Notes: generated by a model from the letters alone, not told the origin. A DNA stretch of 64,000 bases from Amoebophrya sp. A120 (GCA_905178155.1 CAJINV010000001.1:12832635-12896634); one strand, 5' to 3'; numbered from the stretch's first letter, positions 24,366 through 38,223 are shown. Numbers and translations are program-made.

Positions 24366-25760
24366 TCAGGAAGACACAAATCCCGAAAGTTCAGCGGGAA
24401 CAATTGTGCCTACGGGAGTCGTAAATGTACGTCTTCTCTTTTGTTGCAACACTTGCAAACGCGACCGTATACTCGCGGCACAGCCAACAAGGTCTGCTGC
24501 GTTTATCGGGGGACTGAAAGGAACGATAGTTGTGTGCTCGCTTCTACGTCGCGCGAGCTTTTTTGTAGATTCTTTCACCACACCACGACTGCGCGAAGCA
24601 TCACGTTCGCGAGCTAGATAATTCAGCTTCTTGTTGTCTGCACCGCTGGCCCTACCACCTCCGCCTTCAGCTTCCAGACGGTCTCGTCCCGCCTCTTGAT
24701 TGTCTCGTGTTCTGATGGCCAGGAATGGTTCTACGTGAAAAAGCGTCATTCCTTCTGCAATGAGTACGTCCTCCGGGGTATAAATCGTCGAGGAGCGGTC
24801 TTTGACGCAAATTCGAAACAGCCGGGATCCGATCCACCTTCGCGCCCGGACCCTTGCTAGCGGTAACAACTCATCTTCACCGTCTTGATGTAGTATGACA
24901 TTTTCATCGCTGCCACCATTTTTCTGCTGTTGACCCTCGTGCTTGTCATCTTGCGGAGCAGAACTTGGCCGCAACAAGAGTTCGACCACTAGCTCCTCCT
25001 TCCTCTGAACAAACAACCCGCGGACCAGTGACACGGCGAAGAGGAAAACGAATACCAGAAGTCCAAATGCGGAAAGTAAAACGACAAGCTTTATCGCGAT
25101 TCGGCTTGTTCTTCTCCACGGCGTTGAATGTCGTGTTGTGGTATCCAGGTGGTCCTCACCCTCAGGTGGGGGTCGCTGTTCTGCCACAATATCTTCTGTT
25201 GCTTGTACAACTTCTGGGACATCATGGTCATCTTGAGCAGCGAGCGAAATCTGATCTACTTTATCATCAGCAGTCACGGGGCTGCGGATCGGCGAAGTCC
25301 ATATCTCCTGCACCCTCGTTGCTACATTCGCTGCAACCTCGTCTGCGTGGGCACATAGTACATCGGCGGGGGCGAAGCTGCACCAGGTTTCAGCATCAAG
25401 ATCGACACCAAAAGAATTCCGCATCATGTTGTTCATGTTCTGGTAATTTATGGCAGGCAATAAATAGACTACTTGCTCCTGCGTGATGGTTTTATCCACC
25501 TGCTGCAATGCAACTGTCGTTTGCATCGGCACAAATGCGGCCACTAGGACGGCGACACCGGCAACGGCAAGGGGCACGAAGATGAAAAACCAAGCAGCGC
25601 AGCATGCTTGCGAAGTGGCAGAACAGGACCCCCACTGTCGTTCAAAAACTAGAGCATTTCCTCCATTCTCGTTCATCTTCGCAAGTGGCCGTGCCTCGGT
25701 AATTGCTGCCCGAAGACGCCGCGCTCGGTTTGAGCAACCGCACCACGAAGGAGCAGCCAT
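24366..25760 (-). CDS. Hypothetical membrane protein (two TM segments)
   Basis: 464-aa ORF with two long hydrophobic stretches (WFFIFVPLAVAGVAVLVAAFV; LVVLLSAFGLLVFVFLFAVSLV). Confidence 0.55.
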   Translation of the reverse strand: MAAPSWCGCSNRARRLRAAITEARPLAKMNENGGNALVFERQWGSCSATSQACCAAWFFIFVPLAVAGVAVLVAAFVPMQTTVALQQVDKTITQEQVVYLLPAINYQNMNNMMRNSFGVDLDAETWCSFAPADVLCAHADEVAANVATRVQEIWTSPIRSPVTADDKVDQISLAAQDDHDVPEVVQATEDIVAEQRPPPEGEDHLDTTTRHSTPWRRTSRIAIKLVVLLSAFGLLVFVFLFAVSLVRGLFVQRKEELVVELLLRPSSAPQDDKHEGQQQKNGGSDENVILHQDGEDELLPLARVRARRWIGSRLFRICVKDRSSTIYTPEDVLIAEGMTLFHVEPFLAIRTRDNQEAGRDRLEAEGGGGRASGADNKKLNYLARERDASRSRGVVKESTKKLARRRSEHTTIVPFSPPINAADLVGCAASIRSRLQVLQQKRRRTFTTPVGTIVPAELSGFVSS

Positions 25761-26559
25761 GGATTTATTTTATCTCTGAAATGTTGCGAAAGAATACACC
25801 AAAAGAAAGTCATCGAGCGTCGTCTAGCAGGAAAACCATCGGTCACAAATACAAAGACAGGTGTAATTCTCGTCCTATTCGACAAATAGAATTGTGTACC
25901 GAAAGATTTCGCCGAATATTTTCTATTGATCGGATGATGTCCAGCAGTGTTTTCGTGTAAGTCGAGGAAAGTGAAAGGCGGACAACCAAAACAACCAACA
26001 CTTGGCAGAGCAAATTACGCGAGTCTTGGTACTACGCCTGGATATTTTGTCTGGCGTTCAGATGAAAAACCTGCTTAGGCAGGACTGATACTGTAGTGCA
26101 ACGAGATGAAGAAAATCGGGGGGAATCCTATCATGTTGAAATGCTTACAGAGCCTTGTGATTTCTTCTCCTCGACTTCTTGACAGAAAAAGTCAAACTGT
26201 AAGTGTAACTGACCAAACTCAAAATTCTAGTACATTGGCGTTTAATAGCGAGAAACTAGTCACAATCTCAGAGTCAAACCTATCATACAGAAAAGAAGCG
26301 AATGATATGAACAACGTAACGCTAAAAATCCTAATGTAGCAGACGAGTGGTAACATTTGTTGTATGGGAGAAACATCAAAGAATTACAGCAGCACGCTTA
26401 AGTCCTACAGAACTCAGCACCAATAACCTAGAGTGATGCTTTGCCCCTCTGGGGAAAACAATGGATGAGATCGATGAAATATTTGAGAAAGTCAAAGATG
26501 CTTTTGCCTTTTTCCAACAAGATGAAGTGTGGGACTCGCTCTTCAAACAAGTGGTGCTG

Positions 26560-28439
26560 CTACGCCGCGGCCTCAGCTGTTGTAATAGCAGCATCTCCTC
26601 CTTCCAAGCTTCCTTCTGCGGCTGCAGCTGCATCTTCTCCTGTATTCTTCGGTTGTTCATCTTCGCCTGGAACCGCAGCACCATCACCCGTTTGAATATT
26701 TCCACTGTCCTCGTCCTGTCCATCGCCAGGCACTTCTGGCTTGTTTGATATTTCTCCGTCAGCGGCCACCTCGACCTCCACTGGGGCCGACTCGGACTCC
26801 CCCGCGGCGCCGCCCGTAGCTGCCTGATCGGCCGGAGGTTCATCTTGGGTGTTTATTTTACTAGCCGCGTTTGTTGATGTAGTTGCATCCCCCGTCGTAG
26901 CACCAGAACTCTTAGTTTCCACCACTGGCCCTCCCTGGACCAGAAACTCGTGCAGCACGTCCGGGTACAAGACGTCGTTGACGGGGTCGCCGGGACTGGT
27001 CTTCAGGTTGTTTAGGATGACGGACAAGGCGTGCGCGTGCTCCGCTTTGGTCAACATGGACGCGGGTTGCAGGAAGTGGCCCCCGGACACGGTTTTGCCC
27101 TCGAAGCACTGCAGCACTCGCACCTGCGGATTCATGCGCTGGATGTGCGTGAGCCGCTCCAACACCAGGTGCCGGCGTTTGATCATGTCCGGAAATTGTT
27201 TCAGCGTTGGGGTGATCGGAATGGCCATAAACACCACCTTGCGCGCCGGCAGCGACTCGTGCTTCCGCGGCACCTTCAGTGCCTGCTCCCCGAGGATTTT
27301 CGTCGCGACAAAAACGTCCTTCGCCGACACACCCTCGGTCAGGTCCAGGTGTCCCGCCGAAATCACCACGCAGTCTGGGTCCAGGTTGTGCACCAAGGTC
27401 AGAATCCCGGGCTTGCACTTGCCCGTCACGTCGCGCTGGTAGTGCTCGAACACGCTGGCCGCCAGGTCCTGGCCGGACAGGAGAAAGTTCGATTCGTCGT
27501 AAATCTCGATGAATTCCGCGGTGGACGGGGGCAGCGGTTTGGGCTGCTGCTTCAGTACCTCGTCTGGCGTGGTCGTAGAAGTCGCTGCCAGGGAACCGCT
27601 GTTGGCCGCTGTCAAAGCCCGTTGCCGCTCTACCCGCGTGCGCTCGTTCACGCAGCGCCAGTTGCCGTCCTTGTCCTGAGCCACCTGGTGCGTATACTGG
27701 ATCTCGTTGAACTTGGTCAGCGACACGCGCTGGCCCCGCTGCTCCGAGATCCGGGGCGTGAACATGTCGCCGAAAAACACGATGGACTTCACGGGTTCGC
27801 GGTCAAACGACGGCACGATCGGCATCAGCCGCGGCAGGTCGTTCTCGATTTCCGCCCGCAAAGGCGTATTTTCGCATCCAAAGTCGGGAAGTCCGCGCTT
27901 CTTCATCTCGCGTCGCCGCAGCCAGCACTCCTCGCACAGCCCGTCTGAAGTGTCAAGTTTTGGAGAAGCGTATAAGTAGATGTTGTAGTAGGGGGAGGAA
28001 ACAAAGCAGTCAGTAGGTCTGCGAAAAAGACACTTCTATTGACTCAAAAACGTCGCTGCAAATGTGAAAGAAATCAGAAAAACTTTAACTTGAGGAGGAG
28101 AACAGAAATGAAGCGCAGCAAAAAAATCATTTAATGTTGAGTTGTACGCAATCCCCATTCTCCCATCGGGTCGCCTCTTCTGAGCATGTCGGGGAACGCC
28201 GAGAATCGGTTGCACATGCCCGCCTGGAACAGGGCGCAGACCTGGTACCCGGGACCCGGGTGCGGTCGCTCATCCTTCGTTTCGGCGTTGACCTTGTAGT
28301 CCGCGGTTTGGAATTCTGGTCCGTGAATCTCATACTCCTTCAGCAACGTCGGGGGAACGTTTGGCGTGGGCTTCAAGGCGGAATAGCCCTCCTTGGAGTA
28401 CCACACCGGCTCGGGTTGATTCGCCACGTGGCAAAGCAT
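26560..28439 (-). CDS. Hypothetical protein with a CCCH-like N-terminus and a degenerate SGNH/GDSL-like domain
   Basis: A GT-AG intron (~28147-27945) gives WGLHGLCEECW. Motifs IVFFGDMFT and LDPDCVVISAGHLDL. High-GC3 coding pattern. 5' end uncertain. Confidence 0.55.
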
Positions 28440-29296
28440 CTTGTTATGTTTGTTGGCTACTGCAGCACTGCCAGGTTCGAAAGAGCGCTTTTTTCTCCCT
28501 TTGTGAAGATAGAGATAGACTGTGCCACTGAAGATGATCGACGACGATCGGAAAAAATATGAAAACTGATGATACTTAGATGATGTAAAGGGTCGTGGTG
28601 CAAAAAAGGGACCGTGTGTAGTGCGTATTCTTTCCCAATCAACTTTGTGCCCTGGAGATGAGGTCTTTTTCAGAAGAAAAAATGCGATGAAGTGTCTTTT
28701 TGATTTTCTTGTTTGCAGCTTTTTTTCTGAATCGTAGTCGTACAGAAGTGGTATAAGCAATCGCACTTGCGCGAAAGCCGCCGAGAAGGAGCGCTGGACT
28801 CATCTTTTGAAGAAAAAAAATGAACAGGTTCTTGTTCGTGAACGACAACAGGCGGTTTCACGTGCTCAATGTTGAACGACATTGATTTTTTACCACTCAG
28901 GACGAGAACAAAGAAATGGTAACAAGCACGGACGAAATCAACTGGACGAAAAATGAGAAAACGAAAGAACTGTTGCTCGCACATTACGATTTTTGATGGG
29001 GACGACAAGAAACCACGAAAATTTCGTGATTCGAGCGTGGTACCTACGAGGATCATACGGACTTTTCTACTTTTACGACGTCAATAGGATTTGGGTTTGT
29101 TAACTGAACACTACAAGAACGGAAAAAGAGATGTCGGTCAGAAATTTTGGTTTTCTGTTTCTCGCGGAAAATGCTCGAAATTAAATGCAGCACGTTTTTT
29201 CGTTCTGATCTTCTTGTTGTTTCTTTGGTCGAGGTAGTCTCGTCCTTTTGAGGTAGCTGCAACGTAATTGATCGTGCTCTGTAATCAGGCGCAGGT

Positions 29297-30620
29297 TCAC
29301 CGACCCCGTCGCTTTCCACCTCCCTTTTGTTTTCCTTTACCCCCTCCAGCGGCTTTCTTTTTGCTTCCGCTCATCGCACCTGCTTCTTTGCGCACTTGGT
29401 GCATGTCGGAAAGCTTCTGTTTGGCATTGCGGAAGGTCGCGAGCCTTTCCCCGGAGGCGGAGAAGGAGTCTACTTCTTTCAGCAAGTCTCGAAGACCCAC
29501 AGCTCCATCCGAGCCGCCGCCCTGCTGCCGCAGCTGCTTCAGCCGCTTGGCATCCTTCTTGTCCTGCTTCGTCTGGCGAAGGCGCGTCAAGTTGTCTTCC
29601 TCGTAGGCCTGTCGCTCCCTTTGCTTGCGCATCAACTTCTCCACCTCGTCCGTGCGCCCACTACGTTCGCTACCACCAACCTGCGATGGAGTTTTTTAAT
29701 TGATGAATCAGCTGCTTGACCGACAGAACTCTCTATTGCCTTGCAAATGCTATAGACATAGGCGTCGTGACACAGGTTTCATTCATAAACACCACCACGA
29801 CATCTTATTCACACTTCTGCATTGTCTAATCGTAAAAGTATGATGTTATTTTTTGAAGTACCTCAACAGCCGTTGCATCTATTTCGCCCTCCATCGCCAC
29901 CTCCTTGAGTGCCTTGAAAATGTTTGTGTTTTGCAGCCTGCGCTGCTCGCGCTCCAGTTGCTTCTCTGCCTTGTTTACGCTCTTGTCATACCCGGTGTAC
30001 TCCATCGAAGTGATCTTCGGCGGCCGGTAGATTTTGTCCTCGCCAGATTGTTCAGACTTTCCGTTTTTGAGCTGCTGACCTCCTGCTTCTGGCTCGTCTT
30101 CCATGGCGTTCTTGAATTCGTCGTCTTCGTTTTCCCCAGCGATCAAGCTGCCCTTGGCGAGCCGCAAGCTGGGTCTTGCGCCGGAAGATTGCAGTTTCCC
30201 CTCCTCCGTGTCGAGAAGTTTCTGGATGGAATACTGCAGCTTTTGGTCCAGTCCCTTCACACGACTGAACGCCAACCGGATGCGGTACAGCTGCTCAAAG
30301 CGCTTACTTGCCGCACTGCTGGACGACGGGTCCTCCTGTAAATTTGTCGCTTCCGGTTCCCCTTCCTCGCTCAACTCGCTCGTTTGCTGGTCTTGTTCCC
30401 CGCTTGTTCCACAACCTTTTGTCTGGTGCAGGAGATAGTCCACTAATTCGAGCAGGTAGCTGAGCATCAGCTGCGCTTTGGCGTCCAAAAAAGGCATCCG
30501 CCCGGTCGTGCCGGCTTTCGGCGCGGCATTTTGCAGATCCGCCACGGCCGCGAGCACCGCGCTGAGATCCTTATTCACAGCACTTGCTCCGCCCGAAGAT
30601 GAGGAGGCGGAAGATGCCAT
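29297..30620 (-). CDS. NGDN: Neuroguidin / Lcp5 (Sas10/Utp3/C1D family) SSU-processome factor
   Basis: FLDAKAQLMLSYL, RVKGLDQKLQYSIQKLL, IYRPPKI, ERQAYEEDNLTRL. One GT-AG intron. Confidence 0.85.
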
Positions 30621-31363
30621 TTTTTTCGCTAGGAGAGAGTCGCTAAGACTGTACGATTGGGGATTGGTCGAAATCACCGAGGAGAAAGTAGTATCGAAGC
30701 TCGGAGTATTTGTTCGGACATTAGCATTACAACACGAAAGAGACGGTAATGAGATGACGGGGCAGTTATCGTTCTTAGCAACGCCTCGTGTTTCTTATGT
30801 TTAGTTCTTTGCGGTCCTTTTAGTGAAAAAATTTCCGTTGAAGTATGAAACTACCATGACCAAGTTGGACTCTTCTAGTCTATCGATCGGAGGAACTGCA
30901 TCATCCGTGTTTTTTTCTTTAGCTGCTGTACAGATCGTAGATTTTATTTGGTGAAAGAACTTCATTTTGATAAAATGGTGCAAAACACTAACACTGGATC
31001 GCGTGAAGAGCTTTTCGATTTTTCTATGTGCTCTGCTGGGGATCGCGCAATATTAAGGAACGAATGTCACGTGCACCTAGACATACAGTGCAGAACCACA
31101 GACGATCTATTTTCATCATCTTGGAAGTACAGATCTGCTTTGTTTTTACAGTCGATGATCTAGTTGCCTCTTCTCCACCACCTCCAGCGTTGGCAATGAA
31201 TCGCCATGATTCATCGTTCACGACCACTGATGTGTCGCGCAAGCAAAAACCTGGAGAATTACTTATGACGATTTTCCTTGACAGACACGGGACAATACTA
31301 CCCGTTGCGCGCTTTCATCTACGGACAGAGAGTGTTCATTACATCTTTTAAGTTGTCTATCCG

Positions 31364-32320
31364 CTACAGAAATTCCGCTAAATTGGTGGGAGTTTGGTTC
31401 AAGTCGCAGCTGCAGGCGCCGGGGGCGCTTTCGTTGTCTTCGTATGCGCCGACGCAACGTTCCTTTCCGTTGACGTTGCAGCAGAACTCTTCCTGCAAAA
31501 TCGTATCTTGCCCTCCCGTGCACTCCCAACTGTGAAACGGACGGCCAGACGCAGGAGGTGGGGCGGCAGTTGTACTAGAGCTGCTGGCAGCGTCTTTTGC
31601 GTCTTTGGAAACAGCAACATTCTTGATGGGCTGGGTGCCAGCCGGGCAGAATTCTAGACGTTCCTCGCCGAGATCTTTGCGGAGAATCATGGCCCCTTGC
31701 TCGCCACGACACGCCTCTTCACTGGCCGGCATCGGTTTGAAGAAGCTCGAGGTGTTCGCCTGACATCCGCGACTGAAAAACCAGCGGCCCCAGCTGGACT
31801 GGTCTCTCGCTGCCTCGGGCGTGCAGGTGGTACCAGAGGTATACCGCAGCGTCCCCTCCCGTGTGTATTCCGCTGAGGTGTCCGCGCACATTGTGGCTTG
31901 CTTCTTCTTCTGCTTTTTCGCTGCCGCGTGCTCCTCAAAAGAATCGTGACTGGACTCCCCGTTGGGCATCAAGAGTTTCGGCTGTCGGCAACACTGCAGC
32001 TTCTTCCGCCGCTGGTGGAACGAATCCGGGTCGCATTTCAGATGCGCCTGCACGTCGCTCGGCCCGGATGGCTCGTAACACACACCGTAACTCACCTTGG
32101 CGGCGCCGCCCAAGACATCGCGCGTGCTTTTCACGATGGTGCCGCCGGGGGCGCACAAATCCGGCGCGGGGGCCTCCGCTGGCAGAAAGCTGGTTGATGA
32201 TGATGTGGAGTGATGAAAGGCCGCCGGTCGTGGCCATGTGACGTCGGGGTGGTAAAGGTTCATCATCTGCAAAGCAGGACAATGTGCCGATGATGTTGAG
32301 CGAATCAGAATTTGCGCCAT
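31364..32320 (-). CDS. Cys-rich hypothetical protein
   Basis: 318-aa ORF with many cysteines and coding-like composition; no family recognised. Confidence 0.5.
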   Translation of the reverse strand: MAQILIRSTSSAHCPALQMMNLYHPDVTWPRPAAFHHSTSSSTSFLPAEAPAPDLCAPGGTIVKSTRDVLGGAAKVSYGVCYEPSGPSDVQAHLKCDPDSFHQRRKKLQCCRQPKLLMPNGESSHDSFEEHAAAKKQKKKQATMCADTSAEYTREGTLRYTSGTTCTPEAARDQSSWGRWFFSRGCQANTSSFFKPMPASEEACRGEQGAMILRKDLGEERLEFCPAGTQPIKNVAVSKDAKDAASSSSTTAAPPPASGRPFHSWECTGGQDTILQEEFCCNVNGKERCVGAYEDNESAPGACSCDLNQTPTNLAEFL

Positions 32321-33187
32321 GGCGTTCTATTTTCATCTGAGAAATTAAGTGGAATTTCAAGGGATAACAGAGAAAATTTATTGGCTGTCCACAACTAAAA
32401 TGACTTTCGTCTGAGAAAAATTGGTTACCGCACTCGCATTGCAAGCTGCGAACTCATGTCTGACAGAACAAGCGACTTCGACTTCGATAGCGATCGTGAC
32501 ACGACTTGTGTGCTTAGGCGACGCGGTCAACGATTACGATTTTTACGATGAGTCGGGCGACGCAGAAGACGGCAACGAACTACTTTCGAGAACAGTGAAT
32601 TACTTACGCGCAGCTCGAGCTAGCAAAAGGAACAGGGTACACGAACAATCAAGTATACATTCGCCGCCGCGAAGAAACCGACGTCTAGATTGGGTTTCTG
32701 TCTTTTATTTCCAGTTTGCGTTTGAACTTCTTTCGTCGAATTGATCATACCGTCCAGCTGCGTCGTTCAGTTGTCGAATTGAATGAAAGACTGAGATGCG
32801 TTAGAGGTCTTGAGTTTCATTTTCTCTCGTCGTGTCGATGTTGAAAATTAAGTAGAAAATATCTTCACAGGTCGGTTAATATAATTTCCGAAGCAAAACA
32901 TGAATGAATGTGCTTGAAGTCGTTGCGTTCAGTCGCCGTACATTCTTCTTGCGGTCTGGGGAAGAGAGACTCGCATGCACCCGTGAACAACTGGAGTATT
33001 GGCATTACTCCGTCGGCGTCCGGGTATTAAATCCACTTTCGTCGAAGTTGGATCGTGCTATGAGGACGAGTCGAGGCCTCCCGCCCGCTGCGCGCCCGGC
33101 TGTGGTTCCTCTTTATTCTCGTTTTTTTCCTTCTTTTTCTTTTCCAGGTCCTCCAGGAACGTTTTTTTCCCCGAGGCAACTCGCAAG

Positions 33188-34841
33188 CTACTGCGGACGT
33201 GACCGGCGACCTTTTGAGGAATGAAAGCACTAAGTTAGATCCGTCTAGTATTCTGACACCTCCTCCAGGGATGCCGCTGCAAACGGGTTCATTCAGTGCT
33301 TCGTCAAATCGTAATAATTGTGATGATTCAGATTCAATTTCAACATCAAAGAAAAAGCTAGTAGGAGTGTGAAGAAGTAGATGCATGATGTCCATGACCA
33401 CAAAGATTCACTTTATCTTTTTCATATGATATTACCTTAAAGCCGAAGATCCTCGGGATGTAATTTCTGGGTTCTGTTGTCGGTTTGAGGTTTGGGTAGG
33501 TGAGGAAAAACAAGTGCGGGAAGGAGGTTCCGAAAAATGCGCCGTCGATTACCTTCGAGGGAAGTTTGGGTTAATGCACGAGGAGCAAGTTGCAGCCATG
33601 CTCCTAAATACCTACACTTCGCCAGCAGGCGCCGTCCTGGCATCCCTACTAGTAGCCAACAAAAGAACGAACCTAACTCGTTCAAGAACAGCAGACTATC
33701 TTATTAAGTAAGTACCTCCAACTTGCTGCTCTTTGGGTGAAAAATCTCCTTGCAGCGGGGGCAGTATACTTTCGCGCCGGTGGCACCGACAACGTCTGTT
33801 ATTCCCACGGGAAGCACTGCCTGGTTTTGCGCGTGACAGTCCAGGAGCGGACAGGAGCCGTACACGTAAGTGTTGTACTTCTCCATCATTGCTGCGAGAC
33901 CTCGCGCGGTGAGGATCCACCTGGAAATGGGAAAAAAGCAGAGAGTTTTCAGTGGCTCTCACAAAGCCACACTTCTCGGATTGGAAACTCAATCTGTCCA
34001 TAGAAACAAGAAGGTATTACATTGCAATACCTGGCGTGTATGAGGCCATACAAGCACTGCGCGCCCTGTTCCACCATACTTCTGTCGTCTTCGGTAATTT
34101 GCATGTCGCCGTCGTCATAGTCGAGGATCATGTTCAGACTTTCTCGGTACACGTCCACATTGTAATACTCCTGCAAATCCTTGTTGAGATACCTGGGGTT
34201 AGAGGAAGAAAAAAATGAACCCGCTTTTGGTTTCGCAGAATTGACGTCCAGCTAATTACTACTCCCGAGGTGGTCACCAGCTTTTGTGGCGAGAAATAGG
34301 CCCGCGAAAGAGCAGCGGGCAGGAGCAGAAATTCAATACATCTTTCTACATCTATCATTCGAAAAAAAAAGTACTTAAAACCAAAGAAAGTGTTTTTTGT
34401 ACGTGAGGTTAAAGTCGTCTTGGACGTATTCATCTTCGACCTCCACGAAGAACTCGTTTCCCTTCAGGTGACAAAACCACTCTATCCAGGTCACCTGTAG
34501 AGTCAAGATGATGAGAAGATAGGTCTATATCAATCATCGCCTCGCAGTTCGGGCGGAAAATCATTGCATCAAGTGTCGTACTTTATCCTTATTGAAGTAG
34601 CGAACTTCGGCACGGCAAGTGATGCTATATCGATGACAGAGACAGACCACATTCATCTTATTGACAGCAGCAGCACCAGAAAAGGAGAAAACAAGAGCAG
34701 CGTGAACTACAGCAGCAACAGGTGGAACTACAACATCAAAGTTGCAATCTTTCTTAAAAATCGTACCTCATCCCCCATGTCGCTGTTGCTCCCGTTTGAG
34801 AACTCATCGGTGCTCTCGGAAGGTCCCTCTTGGAACTGCAT
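33188..34841 (-). CDS. CSNK2B: Casein kinase II regulatory (beta) subunit
   Basis: Spliced exons give [74 protein letters not shown] and [13 protein letters not shown] introns; terminal exons uncertain. Confidence 0.92.
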
Positions 34842-36711
34842 TTTCTCGGAACGCAGTTGAAATGAACGTTTCTCTGGCTAGTCGTGCCAAGGCTTGAAAA
34901 TGCTGTTGTCGCGATGTACGTACTGTCCTTCTTGCTGAGTTTTCTATCTGTTGTTCTTGCTCATCGGACGTACTTAGAAAACGGAGCTACCACCGTATTT
35001 CCAATCCGGACGATGTCGTGGTCGTCGCCGCGCCTTTTCAAATTCAGGCCACTATGTATACGTGCTGTGTGCCGCTTCGAAACGACAAGAAGCCACCGGC
35101 TCGTCTTCGTTCGGAGCTGCGGTCAGGTTCGGAAGGTTCTTTGCTAGTCGGGGTATCGAACTTTGACCTAACTTCTGCTCTATAGAATTCGGCCTTCTCG
35201 AGATCGAGATTGCAGCCGAAGACGCTTCTGTCTTTATTGGAGTCCTGACGTTCTAGGAAAACTTTAATTTGTCGTGCCGCTCTGCATTGTGATTGTGTAG
35301 CCCGCGTATGAGATTTTCACCGGTATCTGTATCACACTGGTAAACCGGAAGAACTAGGCCACCGTGCTGCCGTGGTTCTCTTCTTTGCACTGTCGAAATC
35401 AACAAGGCACCGTCGGAGCAGCGGAGTGTCATCTTTTCGCGTAGATTTAGTTGACCTAGCCGTACCTTCTTGGAAATGATCCAAATGGATGACTCCGCTT
35501 CACAAACATTTTCTAAATCTACGTACCGCAACTGATCTTAAATAAAGTAACAAATACTCAGTAGATAATTCGCAAGGTGGATAGATTGTGTACTTATTCG
35601 CGATGGATTGTGTAATATATTGTTCCGGTCCGTTGGACAGGGAGACGAAACACAGAAGAGAAAAAAAACGACCGAGTCGGGGGGTACAAAAAAAGTATCA
35701 ATTTCAATCCTGCCTACCAAAATAAATTTATGCTGTCGCCGTGGTCGCCGCTGTTGATGAACGAAGATGAAAGGAGGAAATTGCAGCGTCTTCGTGTAGT
35801 TTAATATTGAGAAGTATTGCGAATACGACGGTTCTCTTTGATCTGGGGGACCTGACACTGTAGGATCATAACTGAGGCTAAGCTGCGTCTCTATAGCTAC
35901 GAATGTGATGCACCGCACGGGCACCCGCACCGGAAGCGGAATCTGTTCTCAATCTCATGTTTAGTTCTTTTACCGTCGAGCTCGCCTCAGAATTATTAAG
36001 CTGCCTCCTGTACCACTAAAGTTGTCACTTATATGTATGTTCGAGGGCTGCAGGACTGTTGTGGTTTTGCAGAGAGATCCTGTTCGGTGAGACTAGGAAA
36101 ACTACGTCAATCACAATCACGAGGCTGTCCTAGTTGGTTGTTGATCTTTCATCACTATGAATAATCTCATGTAGTACTTGATAACGAGATCAGCATGAGC
36201 GGGGACAGGAGCGGGCACAAAAAGTAGAAGGGATCTTCCAGAAAAAACGCCGATACTAACCATGTCAAACAAAGCGGCTAGGGCTAGTTGTAGTTTGAAA
36301 GAGCCTGCCTCTTGTTCTCAGTGGCAATGAGATTCAAAATCGTAACATCGAGAACAGGACTCGCAAGAGAGCACTTGCCTCGTTTAGCCGTGTGATCTCC
36401 TTCGCACTCTAGTACTCGCACAAGCTGTATTTCGTGTGCGCCGTCTCGCGACTGTGACACTGCGTTCCTGGAAGATGATACACAGGAGCCTTGCGGCTTC
36501 ACGTGAACGAATTCCAGCGACGTGCTTTTCAAGCTCGAAAAATTCAAAGCGGTTCCAGTTGCAAAATTATCGCGGCTGTATTCTCGAGAGAATGTGGACA
36601 GGCACGAGCGATGGAGATGTGTAATATTGGCGGGGACGCGACAGTTCAGCTCGCCCCTTGCTGCTCCTTGTAAAAATCTTCGTTGTGGTTGTCCTTTTAT
36701 CTTTATCACAT

Positions 36712-36978
36712 TCACACCGAGCCTGCTCCGTAGCTAAAGGTTGGCACGTGGGTGTAGGGAACTTTCTTCTTGTAGGGCGAAAACATACACGTGAACCAAT
36801 CGTAACAGCGGACGCAGCGCTCTTTTACCGGGTACGCGCACCGCTGACAACAACGTTTGATGGCCTGGTAAATGGCCATGAAACATCGCGCAAAAACGGC
36901 GAAACAGTCCAGAATCGCGAAGCAGCACTTTGTGAAAGCGCCCGGCTCATTGTCATCCGGAGCCGCATCATCACCCAT
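36712..36978 (-). CDS. Small Cys-rich hypothetical protein (88 aa)
   Basis: ATG-initiated ORF on the same strand as its neighbours; CC motifs suggest palmitoylation. Confidence 0.55.
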   Translation of the reverse strand: MGDDAAPDDNEPGAFTKCCFAILDCFAVFARCFMAIYQAIKRCCQRCAYPVKERCVRCYDWFTCMFSPYKKKVPYTHVPTFSYGAGSV

Positions 36979-38223
36979 CTTGACGCTTGTTGGCGCTAAC
37001 CGTAGATTGACTCGAAAAGCAAAGGATTGCCGAGATTCTTGGAAACTTCATAAACGGACCGACTACCTCTACGAAGAGACACAACCAACTGGACTCTTCA
37101 AAACGAAAACATCAATTAAGGCGAAGATTCTGGAGATGCTACAACAACATCACGACGACAAACGAAAACTTCACATGTTGATGGATCAAGTATCATCATG
37201 TCGTTTCCATTTCCAACACCACGCGGGCAAAACGAAGTGAAAAAGTGCTGCTAAATGTAAAGTTTGTGTTTGATCACCGCATGTGGGGGCACGGTATAGA
37301 TACCGAGGAGATCGACGCAGGGACACCAGGCTGAAAGCAAAAAAAAAACGGACTGCGATCAAACTCTTCTGCCAGGAATCGCATTGCTTCCTGCTTCAGA
37401 GAGAAGACATGAGTACGAGGGCGCGGTCCATCCCAGAATTCTGCTTGTCGTCAGCCCGCCATACAATTCCCTGTTGGTTCTTCATATCGATCACCACTTC
37501 GTTACAGATTTCGAGAGTTTTAACTCGAATTTAGCCCACAAGTTTTTGCACTGCTCCTCTAGTACCTGGCCACCCTCCAACAAGGAATGGCAGTAGTAGC
37601 ACAAACAAGCCCGTAGATGAAAGATAAAAGTTAAGAGTCAGACGACAAGCTTCATGCACAGCTGCAATGGTAACGGCCGCAGCTGTGTTGAGACGAAAGT
37701 TCATTTGAATGTTTCAGAGGCAGAGGATTAGGAGCTAAGAACTCGGACTCATTCTAGGCAGACTCTGAGCATCGTGTTCCACTGTAAAAATGCTCGGCAT
37801 CATCGACATCGTCACGATATCACTACTGCAGGTATCTGGCGTTCCGGCAGTCGATAGCGATGAGCCGATCTAGGTCGTCTCGTGGTCTCTCGCTGATCTG
37901 CTCAAACACCGCGTTTGCACCTGCGGCCGACATGGCGTGATCGGACAAATAGAAATTCTTGTCGCCAAACCGGTCCCGCTGTTGTGATTTGCATTTAATG
38001 GTCTTGCGTTGTAATTCAAGAAGCAACAGAAGTATAAGTCAAAGTTCATCATTGTGTCTGCAGCAGGATGAGTTTCATCTGGCTAGTGCTGATCTCCATC
38101 TCTCTCCTGAAAAATACGAAAATAGAGTTCGAGATTCCTTTGAACCGTACATGATGCATCTATGACGAGTTCAAGCGGCCAGCTCCCCGACTACAAAAAC
38201 TACAACAAACATCCATAGATTCA

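Noticed and set aside
27031-27948. Long plus-strand ORFs (also 1359-2009, 23084-23941, 40269-41117, 58632-59381)
   Set aside because: Antisense shadows of high-GC3 minus-strand exons with no recognisable motifs.
37340-38026. Possible small minus-strand gene fragments
   Set aside because: Could not build a consistent spliced ORF or recognise a family.
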